Positions 63,125-64,000 of a DNA stretch of 64,000 nt are shown here, piece after piece; the first letter of the stretch is position 1, and each line of letters begins with the position of its first letter. Origin of the DNA: a virus; the IMG/VR virus record IMGVR_UViG_3300027970_000001, positions 1-64,000 of that record; one strand, 5' to 3'. The notes under the pieces were generated by a model that saw only the letters and a list, made by a program, of their open reading frames with translations, was not told where the DNA came from and did no database searches. The position numbers and the translations under genes were made by a program.

Positions 63125-64000
63125 GCAGGCCCTGGGAGCCGTCGCGGCGCTGAACGCCAAGCTCGTACCGCTCCATGGGCTTCAGGCCGCACTCGGTGAC
63201 GAAGTCGCTCGGATTGCTGGAACCGTAGAGGTCTTCAATGGCCCGGCTGATCCAAAGCTCATCCCTTGCCCGGGTGACGGCGACGTAGAACAGCCGTCGC
63301 TCTTCCGTCTTCTCTGCGTTCGCATGAGGGAAGAGCCCGTTGGCGACGCCGGGAAGAAATACGATGGGCCACTCTCGGCCCTTGGCCGCATGGATCGTAC
63401 TCACGGTCACCACGTTGGTCTGGCGCTTGGACTTCTCTCGGTTCTGCTTGACCTTCTCGATCACGGCGATGGCTTCAGCGTGATCTCGGTACTCGGAGAG
63501 GAAGTCCATCAGCCTGCGCCAGTTCATGACCGGCGAGGCGTCGGACTCCGCGCCCTTCTTCTCAAACAGCTTTGAGAGAGGACCGCCGCCTCCTCCGATG
63601 CTGCTCATGAGCTGGGCTGGCGTCTTGTGTGCGTCGAGGGTCAGCCGCTTGATGGCGTTGTACCAGCGGCCCCCGGCGCCATGCACCTTGGTCTTGTCGT
63701 GGTTCCTGGCAACGACGTCGAGCCACCCCTCTCCAGGGCGCTTGTCCGCCAAGATCAGATCGACGAACTGCTGCCCGATCTTACCGCTCGCCGGGTTCAG
63801 GAGAGCCGTCGAGATGTCGCCTGCGCTCCCTCCTCCGAGGACCACCCGGTACCACGCCAGAGCCGCCGACACCTCGAACGCGTCGAAGTAGATTGGCTTG
63901 GGGCTCTTGATGGGGATGTTGTGGATGGAGAGGGCGACGTCGACATGCGCCGCCTGGTCGGCCGTCCTGACCAGGATGGCCATGTCGCTGAAGTGAAGGA
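63117..64000 (-). CDS. UvrD/Rep (SF1) helicase, C-terminal part
   Basis: MAILVRT, STIHAAKGREW, EERRLFYVAVTRA; runs off the window edge. Confidence 0.9.
   Translation of the reverse strand, partial: LHFSDMAILVRTADQAAHVDVALSIHNIPIKSPKPIYFDAFEVSAALAWYRVVLGGGSAGDISTALLNPASGKIGQQFVDLILADKRPGEGWLDVVARNHDKTKVHGAGGRWYNAIKRLTLDAHKTPAQLMSSIGGGGGPLSKLFEKKGAESDASPVMNWRRLMDFLSEYRDHAEAIAVIEKVKQNREKSKRQTNVVTVSTIHAAKGREWPIVFLPGVANGLFPHANAEKTEERRLFYVAVTRARDELWISRAIEDLYGSSNPSDFVTECGLKPMERYELGVQRRDGSQGLLI

Noticed and set aside
1-64000. tRNA, rRNA, terminase, portal, major capsid or tape-measure genes
   Set aside because: None recognisable by eye; tRNAscan-SE and HMM searches are needed to exclude divergent copies

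Overview
A 64 kb, gene-dense, high-GC segment of a large dsDNA virus (phage, prophage or phage-plasmid). No rRNA, tRNA or CRISPR array was seen, and no terminase, portal, major capsid or tape-measure gene is recognisable here. Layout: (1) 1-3.9 kb, an extreme-GC block almost free of AA/TT dinucleotides (DUF2786, DUF932, repeated double-hairpin element); (2) 3.9-11 kb, small early genes plus a MoxR AAA+/VWA pair; (3) 11-22.6 kb, replication/recombination (SSAP, SSB, intein-containing SF2 helicase, DEDDh exonuclease, AEP primase, large helicase-like protein with internal direct repeats); (4) 22.6-34 kb, beta-helix spike and fibre genes; (5) 34-55 kb, lysis/entry enzymes, membrane proteins, PcfJ proteins, a kinase, a phosphatase, Orn and a tyrosine recombinase with an adjacent dif-like palindrome; (6) 55-64 kb, RuvC-like nuclease, a glycosyl/methyl/sulfotransferase cluster, a second kinase and a partial UvrD helicase. 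The main candidate novel system is a shared peptide code on unrelated late proteins: a hydrophobic-x-[P/A/S/K]-N motif followed by an Arg-rich tail, hydrophobic-x-G-hydrophobic-G motifs before C-terminal membrane anchors, and [RK][RK]TS sites, encoded alongside two kinases and a phosphatase. This suggests a virion cargo tagging, maturation and phospho-switch system. All family assignments come from motif recognition by eye; no searches were run.
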